Shown: positions 38,383 to 48,711, numbered from the stretch's first letter. The stretch: 64,000 nucleotides of DNA from Clostridia bacterium (GCA_036654235.1 JAVVSK010000009.1:19539-83538); one strand, 5' to 3'. Program-made: numbers and translations. Notes: a model not told the origin generated them from the sequence alone.

Positions 38383-39567
38383 ATGGTAACCATCAATAGT
38401 GAAAAATGTCGCGGATGCGGACTTTGCTTAAACGCCTGTCCGTTCGGTGCAATAGAAATGTCCGGGAAAACGGCTAAGCTTACAGATAAATGTACGGGTT
38501 GCGGTGCTTGCAAATCCGCATGCCATTTTGGCGCCATAGTCGTTTCCGAAGAAGCCCGTGAGGTAAAAATTGATATAGCCTCATATAATGGCGTATATGT
38601 TTTTGCGGAACAGAGAGACGGAAAACTAATGAACGTCGCTCTCGAATTAGTAGGCGAGGGCAGAAAGCTCGCTAACGCGAGAAACGCGGAGCTTACAGCG
38701 ATTTTATTGGGTCAGGGGATAAAGCATCTTTCTCAGGAGCTAATCGAAAACGGTGCCGATAACGTTATAGTAGCCGACGATTCTCGTCTTAAAAATTATA
38801 CAACAGAGGGCTATGCGGGAGTTATATGCGGTATAATCAACGAATTTAAACCTGAAATAGTTCTTTACGGTGCGACGCATATTGGTCGTGATCTTGGCGC
38901 TAGAATAGCGGCGAGAGTCAATACCGGGCTTACGGCTGATTGTACGAAGCTCGAGATAGATCCGGAAACCGGACTTCTTCTACAGACGCGTCCCGCTTTC
39001 GGCGGAAACGTAATGGCAACTATTGCCTGCCCGGATCATAGACCCGAGATGAGTACTGTTCGTCCGGGTGTTATGGAAAAAGCTGAGCGCTGTCCCGGAA
39101 GAAACGGTAAGGTTATAGACTTTGCGGTTAAGTTAAATGACGGTGAAATAAGAACAGAGGTTCTTGAGGTCGTAAAATCGATAAACGCTTGCGTTGCTCT
39201 TGAAGACGCAAAGGTTATCGTTTCGGGCGGTCGTGGCGTTAAGAGCGCCGAGGGCTTTGCGCTAATAAATGAGCTTGCGGAAGCTTTAAACGGTGTCGTT
39301 GGTGCGTCGCGCGCGGCGGTTGATGCTGAATATATTGAAAAGACACATCAGGTTGGGCAGACAGGTAAAACCGTTAAACCGGATCTGTATATAGCCTGTG
39401 GTATTTCGGGCGCTATTCAACATATCGTCGGAATGCAGGGCAGTAAGACCATAATTGCGATAAATAAAGATAAAACCGCGCCTATATTCTCCGTTGCTGA
39501 TTACGGAATAGTAGGAGACTTATTCGAGGTTATACCCGAGCTTATACGTGCACTGAAAGCCGTTTAA
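38383..39567 (+). CDS. etfA: electron transfer flavoprotein alpha subunit with N-terminal 2x[4Fe-4S] ferredoxin domain
   Basis: The first 55 or so aa carry CRGCGLCLNACP and CTGCGACKSACH. The rest is a standard EtfA (GGRGV, SRAAVD, VGQTGK, YIACGISGAIQH). Confidence 0.9.
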   Translation: MVTINSEKCRGCGLCLNACPFGAIEMSGKTAKLTDKCTGCGACKSACHFGAIVVSEEAREVKIDIASYNGVYVFAEQRDGKLMNVALELVGEGRKLANARNAELTAILLGQGIKHLSQELIENGADNVIVADDSRLKNYTTEGYAGVICGIINEFKPEIVLYGATHIGRDLGARIAARVNTGLTADCTKLEIDPETGLLLQTRPAFGGNVMATIACPDHRPEMSTVRPGVMEKAERCPGRNGKVIDFAVKLNDGEIRTEVLEVVKSINACVALEDAKVIVSGGRGVKSAEGFALINELAEALNGVVGASRAAVDAEYIEKTHQVGQTGKTVKPDLYIACGISGAIQHIVGMQGSKTIIAINKDKTAPIFSVADYGIVGDLFEVIPELIRALKAV

Positions 39568-39580
39568 ATAACATTTATAA

Positions 39581-39626
39581 AGATCGCGACATTTTCTTAT
39601 GTTCGCGATCTTTTTATTTATTTTTT
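39581..39626 (+). terminator. rho-independent terminator after etfA
   Basis: AGATCGCGA...TCGCGATCT followed by TTTTATTTATTTTTT. Confidence 0.8.
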
Positions 39627-39651
39627 AAGAAAAAACTGAAAGGGACACGCT

Positions 39652-40650
39652 ATGAAAAAATCGAAAATTACCGCGCTGATTTTAGCGCTCATGTTTATAT
39701 TTTTTAGCGTATTCGGCTGTACTCCCAAGAAACAAAACATTGATCCGGAGTCAATGACGGGATCCGCCCCAATATCGGCATCGATGTTGGCTCTTGATAC
39801 CGTTATAATGGTAACGCTATATAATGAATCCGAGCGCCCTATTATTGATGAGATGGGCGAGTTAATAAATAAATATGATCTGGTTTTTTCGCGGACAAAC
39901 GAAAATTCGGAGCTTTATAAGCTAAATAAAAACGGCGGTGGAACAATGAGCGACGATATGAGGGATATTATATCTTTGGCCGTAAAAATTTCTGAAGAGT
40001 CAAAGGGACTTTTTGATATTACCGTTGCTCCGCTCGTAGAGCTTTGGGACTTTAAAAGCGGAAACGGAAAAGTTCCGGATAAGGGGCTGATAGAGGAAAA
40101 ACTAAAACTTGTAGGCTATAAAAATATTTCCGTCGAAGGGAATGAGCTTAGCCTTAAAAACGGAGCGACGATAGATTTGGGCGGAATTGCGAAGGGTTAT
40201 ATAGCCGATAAGTTAAAAGCATTTTTACTTGAGAGGAACGTAAAGAGTGCAATATTGGATCTTGGCGGGAATATATCGGTAATAGGTTCAAAGCCGGATG
40301 GAGACGAATATAGTGTCGGGATAGCTCGCCCATTCGCCGAAAATGCGGACGAAACTATAAAAATATTAAAGCTAAGGGATACCTCTGCCGTAACTAGTGG
40401 GAGCTATCAAAGGTATTTTTACGAAGGGGATAAGCTATATCATCATATTCTCGATCCGAGAACTGGCTATGGAGCGGATAGCGGTCTATTTTCTGTAACG
40501 ATAATAGCTGGGAATTCGGCGAAAGCCGATGCGCTTTCTACGGCTTGTTTCGTAATGGGAATTGAAGGCGCTAAGGAGCTGATTTCCGCCGAAAAAGTAA
40601 AGGCAATTTTTGTAACGACAGATTATTCCGTAATTGAATATGGAGAATAA
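39652..40650 (+). CDS. apbE: FAD:protein FMN transferase (ApbE family) lipoprotein
   Basis: Lipobox SVFGC, and ApbE motifs (DLGGIAKGY, AVTSGSYQRYF, HHILDPRTG). Confidence 0.88.
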   Translation: MKKSKITALILALMFIFFSVFGCTPKKQNIDPESMTGSAPISASMLALDTVIMVTLYNESERPIIDEMGELINKYDLVFSRTNENSELYKLNKNGGGTMSDDMRDIISLAVKISEESKGLFDITVAPLVELWDFKSGNGKVPDKGLIEEKLKLVGYKNISVEGNELSLKNGATIDLGGIAKGYIADKLKAFLLERNVKSAILDLGGNISVIGSKPDGDEYSVGIARPFAENADETIKILKLRDTSAVTSGSYQRYFYEGDKLYHHILDPRTGYGADSGLFSVTIIAGNSAKADALSTACFVMGIEGAKELISAEKVKAIFVTTDYSVIEYGE

Positions 40651-40667
40651 TAAGGCGTTTTCATCCT

Positions 40668-41198
40668 TTATTCAACAGGACTTAATAAAGCTATGGATTT
40701 TTTAAAAGCTTTTACCGCGGACGGCGTTTTAAGTACGATAAAATTTTTTTTGCTTTCTTTTAAAATTAGATATATTTTCTTTCGCTGCTTTTTATTAAAA
40801 TCCAGTATGTACTTCATAAATTCGGGGTCGAATCGCTCGGGGCAGTTTTCGCCCATATCCGCGCGGGTCGTTCCAGATGCTTTTTTTATGCGCTTTAAAA
40901 CCCGGAATATGCAGATTGGGGAATGGAAATCTATATAAATAGCGGTATCCGAGGCTAAAACCCGCGTTTTAAGTGTTCGGATATAATTTCCATCAATTAT
41001 AAAGCGCTCTTTTTTAAGCTCCACCGAAAGCTTTTCGTCAAATTCGGATTTGGACGATTCGACCCAACCGCTTTTCCAAAATATTTTATCCAAATGTACA
41101 ACGGGAATCTCTAAACGCTCTCCCAAAAATAGGGAGAGCGTCGTTTTTCCGCTGCCCGGGCAGCCTAATATTATTATTTTTTGACCAAGGTCAGACAT
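40668..41198 (-). CDS. P-loop NTPase (adenylate-kinase-like / topology-modulation-protein family)
   Basis: IIILGCPGSGKTTLS Walker A, and KIFWKSGW typical of this small kinase family. Confidence 0.7.
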   Translation of the reverse strand: MSDLGQKIIILGCPGSGKTTLSLFLGERLEIPVVHLDKIFWKSGWVESSKSEFDEKLSVELKKERFIIDGNYIRTLKTRVLASDTAIYIDFHSPICIFRVLKRIKKASGTTRADMGENCPERFDPEFMKYILDFNKKQRKKIYLILKESKKNFIVLKTPSAVKAFKKSIALLSPVE

Positions 41199-42621
41199 CG
41201 ATAGTAGCCGTCTCCCGAATAAATTCCGAAGAGGAGAGAAGGGGGTCTATGAAATCGGCAATATATTCGGAAACCTGTTCAGGGGCACGTCCAATATATT
41301 CTTTAGGGTCGAGCGCATTTTTAAGCTGAGCTTCATCCAATATAAATTCATTATCAAGCGAAAGGCGCGTTAATAAATCGCATTCTGAACCATCTTCTTT
41401 CATTCGCCGCACAGATTCCATCGAGTTTCGCCTTATTACCTCATGCATAACCTGTCTATCTCCACCATTCTTAACGGCGGCCATGAGGAGATTTTCGGTA
41501 GCGATAAAGGGTAAAAACTCCATAAGGTTTTTCATTATAACTTTTTCATATACAACCATTCCCGAAGTAACGTTTATAAGTAGGTTTAAAACGGCATCAG
41601 TTGCTAAAAAGCCTTCGGGGAGGGCTATTCTTCTATTCGCTGAATCATCGAGGGTTCGTTCGAGCCATTGAACGGAGGCGGTCATAGCCGCGTTATTTGC
41701 ATCGGTCATAATATATCGCGAAAGTGAGCATATTCTTTCGCAACGCATAGGGTTGCGCTTATAAGCCATTGCGGATGATCCAATTTGATCCTTTTCAAAG
41801 GGTTCTTCAACCTCACGCATATGTTGCATAAGGCGCATATCGTTTCCAAAACGATATGCACTTTGCGAAAGCGCGGAGAGCGCATTTAAAATCCTACTAT
41901 CTAGTTTTCTCGGGTAAGTTTGACCCGAAACCGGATAGCATTTTTCAATTCCAAACTTCGAAGCTATTATAGAATCAAGCTTTTTTACCTTTTCATGATC
42001 ACCGTCAAAGAGACTTAGAAAACTTGCTTGCGTTCCCGTTGTCCCCTTGCTACCCAAAAGCATTATATTGTTGAGGACAAAATCAATCTCGTCTATATCG
42101 GTCGCGAAATCCTGCATATAGAGACAGAAACGCTTTCCGACGGTTACGAGCTGAGCTGGCTGAAAATGTGTATAGCCCAACATAGGCATGTCTTTATATT
42201 CGAGGCAAAAGTCGCGGAGGTTAGCGATAACCGTTAGAACCTTTTTCTTAATCAACTTAAGCGCATCTCTATAGATAAGTATATCAGCGTTGTCGGTTAC
42301 GTAGCAGCTGGTCGCGCCTAAATGAATTATTCCGCGCGCCGTATCGCAGTTTAAACCGAAGCCATAAACATGCGCCATAACGTCATGACGCACTTCCTTT
42401 TCTTTTTTCGCGATAGCGTCGTAATCAATATTATAAAGATTGTTTTTAAGCTCATCTATCTGTTCGGCGGTTATAGAAAGCCCAAGTTCCATCTCTGCCT
42501 CAGCGAGGGCGATCCAAAGCCTACGCCAGGTTAAGGTTCGGGTATCGGGAGAAAAAAGCCTCTGCATCTCATTCGACGCATATCTTGAGCAAAGAGGACT
42601 TTCATAGGTGGATCTTTCCAT
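41191..42621 (-). CDS. purB: adenylosuccinate lyase
   Basis: 476 aa with the fumarate-lyase signature GSSAMAYKRNP. Confidence 0.92.
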   Translation of the reverse strand: MERSTYESPLCSRYASNEMQRLFSPDTRTLTWRRLWIALAEAEMELGLSITAEQIDELKNNLYNIDYDAIAKKEKEVRHDVMAHVYGFGLNCDTARGIIHLGATSCYVTDNADILIYRDALKLIKKKVLTVIANLRDFCLEYKDMPMLGYTHFQPAQLVTVGKRFCLYMQDFATDIDEIDFVLNNIMLLGSKGTTGTQASFLSLFDGDHEKVKKLDSIIASKFGIEKCYPVSGQTYPRKLDSRILNALSALSQSAYRFGNDMRLMQHMREVEEPFEKDQIGSSAMAYKRNPMRCERICSLSRYIMTDANNAAMTASVQWLERTLDDSANRRIALPEGFLATDAVLNLLINVTSGMVVYEKVIMKNLMEFLPFIATENLLMAAVKNGGDRQVMHEVIRRNSMESVRRMKEDGSECDLLTRLSLDNEFILDEAQLKNALDPKEYIGRAPEQVSEYIADFIDPLLSSSEFIRETATIDV

Positions 42622-42626
42622 GCGTT

Positions 42627-43901
42627 TTATCTCCTTATAATTTCATCGCGCTTTGCACCGACACTTACGTAGCTTATCCCGCATCCTATATTTTTCTCAA
42701 TGAACTCAATATAGTCACGCGCTGCCTTAGGAAGCGCGGAATATTCTCTAACGCCGGTTATATCGCATTTAAAGCCGTCTAGATATTCGATAACTGGTTC
42801 CGCTTCCGAAAAGAGCGGCGTAAAGGGAAATTTTTTCGTTATCGTTCCGTCTTTAAGCTTATAGGCTACGCATACGGGGATCTTATCCATATAGGAAAGT
42901 ACGTCGAGCTTCGTTAGGGCAATTTCCGTCGCCGCCTGGATCTCAACGCCATATTTTGTTGCGACTAAATCGAAAGGACCGACGCGACGAGGTCTTCCCG
43001 TTGCCGCACCATATTCGCCGCCCTCGGAGCGAAGGAGTTCCGCTTCTTCACCGAACCATTCGCAAACGAAGGGTCCTTCACCGACGCAAGTAGAATAAGC
43101 CTTAACTACGCCGATAACATTGTCTGTTTTTAAAAAAGGTGCGCCTGAACCTAGGGGCGCGTAACAAGCGAGAGGCGAAGACGACGAAGTAAAGGGGTAA
43201 ATCCCGAGGTCAAGATCGCGGAGCGCACCGAGCTGCGCTTCAAAAAGGATCGACTTGTCATTAGTATAAGCGTCGTATAAATAATCCGTAACGTCCGTAA
43301 CGAAGGGCGCTAACGGCATAAGAAACTTCTCTATAAATTTTGTCATTTCGGAGTATTCGACGGGCTTCGCCGAATAAACTCCGGAGAGAGTAAGATTTTT
43401 CCATTCAAGGAGCATTTTAATACGTTCCATAAGATAATCTTTAAACAGAATTTCGCCCATCTGTATAGTTTTTTTCTGATATTTATCGCTATAAACAGGG
43501 GCTATTCCGCGCTTTGTTGATCCATATTTCGCATCCTTTAAGCGTTCTTCCTCAAGCGCGTCGAGCTGTTTATGAAAGGGGAAGACGACGGAGGCGCGGG
43601 AACTTATTTTTAGGTTATCCGGAGTAACTTTTACTCCGCGCGCCCTAAGGTTTTCGATTTCTCCCAACAAATGTTCAGGGTCTATAACCGTTCCGTTTCC
43701 TAAAACGTTTACGACGGAGTCACTGAATATGCCGGATGGCATGAGATTAAGCGCAAATTTACCGTATTCATTTATAACGGTATGCCCCGCGTTGCTTCCG
43801 CCTTGAAAGCGAATAACGACGTCATAACGGCGCGCTAAAAGGTCGACCATTCGCCCCTTTCCCTCGTCGCCCCAGTTAATACCAACAATTGCGGTTACCA
43901 T
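42627..43901 (-). CDS. purA: adenylosuccinate synthase
   Basis: N-terminal GINWGDEGKGR P-loop and the GIAPVYSDK motif. Confidence 0.93.
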   Translation of the reverse strand: MVTAIVGINWGDEGKGRMVDLLARRYDVVIRFQGGSNAGHTVINEYGKFALNLMPSGIFSDSVVNVLGNGTVIDPEHLLGEIENLRARGVKVTPDNLKISSRASVVFPFHKQLDALEEERLKDAKYGSTKRGIAPVYSDKYQKKTIQMGEILFKDYLMERIKMLLEWKNLTLSGVYSAKPVEYSEMTKFIEKFLMPLAPFVTDVTDYLYDAYTNDKSILFEAQLGALRDLDLGIYPFTSSSSPLACYAPLGSGAPFLKTDNVIGVVKAYSTCVGEGPFVCEWFGEEAELLRSEGGEYGAATGRPRRVGPFDLVATKYGVEIQAATEIALTKLDVLSYMDKIPVCVAYKLKDGTITKKFPFTPLFSEAEPVIEYLDGFKCDITGVREYSALPKAARDYIEFIEKNIGCGISYVSVGAKRDEIIRR

Positions 43902-44018
43902 AGTTGTCCTCCAGTAAAGTTTATTGCCGAAGAGATATTATGAAGTAAATTCTCATAGTTGTCAAATGAGAAGGCAATGAGAAGCCCATTTCTTAGGAAT
44001 AAAACGGTTAAAACGAGG

Positions 44019-44342
44019 TTAAACTTTCGCGTCAAAGTTCCATCTTGACTTTATGCTAAGCGGCGCACAATCAAAGAGCGCCTTCGTATCTTTTTCCAGG
44101 TATTTATTGTTTTTATGGTAAATGTTAAATTTATTAAGCCCACTTTCAAAGGTAAAAGTAAAGTCGAGCTCTTTTCTGTAGTAGGGGAAAACGGCGCTTA
44201 TAAGTTCACCTGCATCTAAAAGCAAAGCTTGATTTTCATCCGAAGCCTTACAGGCATCCAGCAGAAGAGCTTCGTTTGTCGAAAACCACTTCCAAAAAAT
44301 ATTCGCAGCCGTCATATCTATCTCTTTTTTTTCAAATAACAT
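44019..44342 (-). CDS. hypothetical protein
   Basis: A 107-aa ORF with the internal near-repeat EALLLDACK / QALLLDAGE. I do not recognise the family. Confidence 0.4.
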   Translation of the reverse strand: MLFEKKEIDMTAANIFWKWFSTNEALLLDACKASDENQALLLDAGELISAVFPYYRKELDFTFTFESGLNKFNIYHKNNKYLEKDTKALFDCAPLSIKSRWNFDAKV

Positions 44343-44465
44343 GCATGTATCCCCCGATTCATATTGATACTAAAATACTACTCTCTTTCGACTTTATTTT
44401 CAAGTCCAATAGCAATTTAAGTTTTTAACTTTTTAAACGGAATAAAAAAATAAACACTACTATAT

Positions 44466-44494
44466 TTGACATGAAGGATGAGCGATGGTAAAAT
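44466..44494 (+). promoter_or_regulatory. sigma-A type promoter of the cohesin protein gene
   Basis: TTGACA-17 nt-TAAAAT. Confidence 0.55.
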
Positions 44495-44534
44495 AAATAT
44501 GAAACATTTAGAAATTACGCAGGAGGTCTCACGG

Positions 44535-45884
44535 ATGAAAAAAATATTGCCTTTAGCGATTGCTTTTTTATTGGCACTCTCGTCGATAAGCTTTTCTACG
44601 GCTACGGAGGAATATCCGCCTATCGCGGTAACCCTGGAATATTCAACTCAACTTTACTATCCGGGAGATACGATAGACCTCGAAATATATATATCCGAAA
44701 ATTCCAATATGTTGAGCGGGAAAATTTCCGTCTACTATGATCCGGAGGTAATAGATCAAAGTACTCTGGCGGCAGAAAAAGGATCGGCGATATCGAGGTA
44801 TGCTTTCGCAACGAACTTTAGAAATCCCGGCAGGGCGACAGTTGGTTTTGCGTCGTCGTCACCTTCCAACGTTGGCGGGCTTCTTTGTACTTTCCATTTC
44901 ACTATACTTGAAACGACTAAATTGGATAACGCGCATTTAAATGTTGTTATTAACGAGTTTTTAGCTCCGGATACGAGTACGTTAATTTCGAGCTATTTTA
45001 CGAACGAAGGCGGAGGAGAAATTGATCTTCCGGTTTATCAGCCGGAGATATATGCGCCCGTTTATCTTTCGCTGAGCGGGGAGACGGAGCTTCGCCCCGG
45101 ATGGGATTTTTCCGTAATAATGAATATAGGGGAGAATTCAAAGCTGCTTTCGGGTGATATGTCTATCGCTTATGATGCCGATAATTTTGATTTTATATCG
45201 TGCGATATGGGAACGGCGCTGACTGAAAACGGAACGTTCAATTTGGAATATTTTGGAGATAAACCGGGTATCGTCGCTGTTTCGATTTCAGGGCGCGAAA
45301 AACTTATGACCGGAGGTTCGGCTGTAATATTTAAATTTAAAGTAAAAGAAACGCCCGTGGACGGAAATTATGAATTTGTTTTAAATGTTAACAGACTTAT
45401 AGCCGGGGACGGCGAAACCGAACTTATATATAATCTCCAAAACGGGGGCATCCTTTCGGTAAATATAACTACGCCGCCGCCAGAAGCAGAGATATATACA
45501 GTTACGTTTTATGCCTTTGATGAAACAACTGTTTTATTTCAAATAGAGGTGTTGGATGGAGAATTCGCGGTTTTTAACGGCGATATACCGAAGGTCGACG
45601 GTCGAATTTTTTCCGGATGGGATGAGGATATAACGAAGACCCGAATATTTAACGATACATCGTTTTATGCGATATACCGCATACTGGGAGACGCGAACGG
45701 GAACGAGACTACTAATTCGGGAGACGTTTCATATATTCTAAGATATGCAACGGGGGATATAACCCTAGATAGACTTGATCTTGCTGTGGCAGACGTTAAT
45801 GCGGACGGGACAATAAACGGCGGGGACGCGGCTATGATACTTATGTTCCTTATTAGAAGTATACCGGATTTACCTCAGCACTGA
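44535..45884 (+). CDS. scaffoldin-like protein: signal peptide, two cohesin-like modules, Listeria-Bacteroides repeat, dockerin
   Basis: The start is set at MKKILPLAIAFLLALSSISFSTA, behind an AGGAGG RBS. Two similar beta-sandwich modules are present (DLEIYISENSNMLSGKISVYYDPEVID and FSVIMNIGENSKLLSGDMSIAYDADNFDF). They are followed by YTVTFYAFD...FSGWDEDI...FYAIY. The C-terminus is a dockerin (GDANGNETTNSGDVSYIL and ADVNADGTINGGDAAMIL). Confidence 0.75.
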   Translation: MKKILPLAIAFLLALSSISFSTATEEYPPIAVTLEYSTQLYYPGDTIDLEIYISENSNMLSGKISVYYDPEVIDQSTLAAEKGSAISRYAFATNFRNPGRATVGFASSSPSNVGGLLCTFHFTILETTKLDNAHLNVVINEFLAPDTSTLISSYFTNEGGGEIDLPVYQPEIYAPVYLSLSGETELRPGWDFSVIMNIGENSKLLSGDMSIAYDADNFDFISCDMGTALTENGTFNLEYFGDKPGIVAVSISGREKLMTGGSAVIFKFKVKETPVDGNYEFVLNVNRLIAGDGETELIYNLQNGGILSVNITTPPPEAEIYTVTFYAFDETTVLFQIEVLDGEFAVFNGDIPKVDGRIFSGWDEDITKTRIFNDTSFYAIYRILGDANGNETTNSGDVSYILRYATGDITLDRLDLAVADVNADGTINGGDAAMILMFLIRSIPDLPQH

Positions 45885-45972
45885 GCGAAATAAAAACGAC
45901 CGAAACTATTTAGCTTAAAAAAATCACACGAACTCATATACATAATTTAACGAATAATGGAAACACTGCCTA

Positions 45973-47592
45973 TTGAGAAGAAAAGGCGGTGTTTTTTTGC
46001 TTAATGAAATAAAAAAAGCTATAGCGAGTTGGTTCGAGTTTGACGCGGGCTATGATAAATTTGAATTGCTCGAAACAGAGAGCGGAGAACCGACGTTTTT
46101 TGGGAACTTAAAGCGCGGAGCCGAAGAACCTCCAAAAAAACCGCAATACGTTGAAAAAAGTCTCGAAAAAAATACCGAAAAGTTAAATATCGATTTTCAT
46201 ACGGACGTGAATAAAGATTTAATATTCAGAGAGTTTTTATTTTGCAAAATTAAAAAATCTCTGGCGGTATTTATAAACGATATGGCCGAGGCAAGGGCGA
46301 TAAACGATTTTATTTTGCGCGAAAGTATGGGTACAGATATAGATATAAATGCGGGAGACGATATAATTGCGTTCGCAATAAAAAACGTATTTACATTTTC
46401 GGAGGTAAAGGTCGAAAATGTTTGGAATAAAGTAAAACAGGCGATCTTGGACGGTCAGACCGCGGTTTTTATAGATGGCGCGAGCGAGGCAATAATATTC
46501 GATACACGCGGATTTCCAAAAAGAAGCGTTACAACGCCCGACAATGAAAAAACGGTATTAGGTCCAAAACAGGCTTTTATAGAAAACATAAGAACAAATA
46601 TAACGCTTATCCGCCGTATAGTTCGTACGGACGATCTCGTTTGTGAGCTTCGCGACGCGGGAGGCGAAAACAATATTAGCGCGGGGATAATGTATCGGGA
46701 CGGGATTACCAATACGAACCTAATAAAAGAAGTAAAACGGCGTATGGCAAAGATAGATATGCGAACGGTTTTAAGTAGCGGCACCGTTGAACAGATGATA
46801 GAACGAAGCGCACTTTTTCCGCTTCCGCTTTCGCTTTCGACGGAGCGCCCGGATAGAGCTGCTAATTTTATTATGCAGGGGCATATTGTCCTGCTTGTTG
46901 ACGGAAGTCCTCTCGTTCATGTTATTCCAATTACTCTTCCCGTTTTGATGGCTGCTTCCGAGGATGCCTATGCAAGCCCGGCGATAGGAGGAATAATGCG
47001 CTTTGTCAGATATGCCGGCGCGATTATATCGATACTTATGCCGGCCATTTTTATAGCTATAGCGATGCATCATCTTGGCCTTTTATCGAACGAAGCTTTG
47101 ACGACGCTCCTTTCGTCGCGTAAGATGGTTTCTGCTCCAATTTGGGTCGAACTTATTTTCCTCCTTCTTATTTTTCATTTGATACGCGAGGCGGGAATGC
47201 GCGTTCCCGGGAGCATTGGGCAGGCGATAGGAATAATAGGAGGGCTTATATTGGGGCAGGCGGCCGTCGCCGCTAATCTCGTAAGCTCGGTAGTTTTGAT
47301 ATTAATAGCGCTTACGGGTCTCGGAAATTTTTGTATACCCGATTATCCAACGCAGCTTTCGGCAGTTTACATAAGACTTTATCTAATCGCTTTTTCAATG
47401 TTTGGAGGGCTTCTTGGCTTTTTTTCCGGGCTCTTGATCTTGATAGCTATAGTCGCTTCAGTAAAATCTTTCGGCATTCCATATTTAGCGCCTTTTGCGC
47501 CAAAGACATATTCGAAGCGTCCGTTTATACTTCGCGGAATTCTTGGAAATATAAAAACCGCCGTCGATTATACGAATACGGAGGATAATTAA
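45973..47592 (+). CDS. spore germination protein, GerA (A subunit) family
   Basis: 539 aa with a soluble N-terminal domain, a C-terminal 5-TM region and GerA-family blocks (IRRIVRTDDL, PDRAANFIMQG). It has a TTG start, with an alternative TTG at about 45997. Confidence 0.85.
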   Translation: MRRKGGVFLLNEIKKAIASWFEFDAGYDKFELLETESGEPTFFGNLKRGAEEPPKKPQYVEKSLEKNTEKLNIDFHTDVNKDLIFREFLFCKIKKSLAVFINDMAEARAINDFILRESMGTDIDINAGDDIIAFAIKNVFTFSEVKVENVWNKVKQAILDGQTAVFIDGASEAIIFDTRGFPKRSVTTPDNEKTVLGPKQAFIENIRTNITLIRRIVRTDDLVCELRDAGGENNISAGIMYRDGITNTNLIKEVKRRMAKIDMRTVLSSGTVEQMIERSALFPLPLSLSTERPDRAANFIMQGHIVLLVDGSPLVHVIPITLPVLMAASEDAYASPAIGGIMRFVRYAGAIISILMPAIFIAIAMHHLGLLSNEALTTLLSSRKMVSAPIWVELIFLLLIFHLIREAGMRVPGSIGQAIGIIGGLILGQAAVAANLVSSVVLILIALTGLGNFCIPDYPTQLSAVYIRLYLIAFSMFGGLLGFFSGLLILIAIVASVKSFGIPYLAPFAPKTYSKRPFILRGILGNIKTAVDYTNTEDN

Positions 47593-48711
47593 ATGAATCT
47601 TCGCGAGGGGAAAATGGGGAGGCAGGAGACGATAGCGCTTTTAAGCACTTCGCTCTTTATCAGCGCGGTTTTTACCGTTAATTCGAGCGAGACATATTCA
47701 ACGGGAAACTCAACCTACCTAACCTTACCTATTTCTATTCTTCTATCCGTAGTTATATTTCTTATCGTTTCTTTTGCTCTTAAAAAAAGCGGGCAAGGGG
47801 GGCTCATGGAGATGGCGCGATATGCTTTTGGACCGATCGGGGAATTTATATATGCTTTTGTATTGATCGCGGGGCTTTTAATAGCCGCCATAATTCCAAC
47901 GGATAATTTTCTTCTCGTTATGCAAAGTTATCTGTACGTCGATTCAGACTATACGGAAATAATAATCTATATAGTCCCGGTAATAGCGATACTTGCGTTT
48001 ATCGGTTTCGAGGGGCTGGGTCGAACGGCGAAACTCTTATCATGGGTGTTTATCATAATACTTTTCGTAACTTTTTTTAATCTCGGCGAAAGCCTTGAAA
48101 CGTATAGACTTGCTCCGTTTTTAGGGGACGGGGTTGAGCATATGGCAACGATATCGATAAACTCAATGTATTGTTTTTTACCCGGTTTGCTTTCGATATT
48201 TACGCTAACTAGGGGGACTCAGGGGGAAAAAAACGCGAAGTTTTCGGGGGTTACTTCGGGGATTATTGCCGCCGTTATCGTCTTTATAACGCAGCTCATT
48301 ATCGGTATGGCATTTTCATATAACGAGCTTAAAGATATATTTATGCCATTTTACGTTATAAACACTATAAGCGGGAATGATTCATACCTTATTCGCACGG
48401 AAAAACTTACGGTATTTATATTTTTATTGGGCGGGATAATAGCCGCCGCGTATTATATTTACGGTGCGGCGCGAATATACGTTCGCGAGTTTAAGCAAAG
48501 GGATATACGCCCGGCTATTGCGTCATTTAGCGCGATTTTACTTACACTTGTCATATCTAAGCACGTTGGAATGCATTATATTAAAGGCGTGCTTGAATTT
48601 GCGTCAAAATATATGACTGCTATACTTATAATTCCGACTTTACTTATGTGTATATCTGCTCTGATAAGGACAAGTATATGTGAGAAGAAAGGGATAATAA
48701 ATGAAAGCTAA
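47593..48711 (+). CDS. spore germination protein, GerB-type (APC-like permease subunit)
   Basis: 372 aa with about 10 TM helices, directly between the A and C subunits. Confidence 0.8.
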   Translation: MNLREGKMGRQETIALLSTSLFISAVFTVNSSETYSTGNSTYLTLPISILLSVVIFLIVSFALKKSGQGGLMEMARYAFGPIGEFIYAFVLIAGLLIAAIIPTDNFLLVMQSYLYVDSDYTEIIIYIVPVIAILAFIGFEGLGRTAKLLSWVFIIILFVTFFNLGESLETYRLAPFLGDGVEHMATISINSMYCFLPGLLSIFTLTRGTQGEKNAKFSGVTSGIIAAVIVFITQLIIGMAFSYNELKDIFMPFYVINTISGNDSYLIRTEKLTVFIFLLGGIIAAAYYIYGAARIYVREFKQRDIRPAIASFSAILLTLVISKHVGMHYIKGVLEFASKYMTAILIIPTLLMCISALIRTSICEKKGIINES

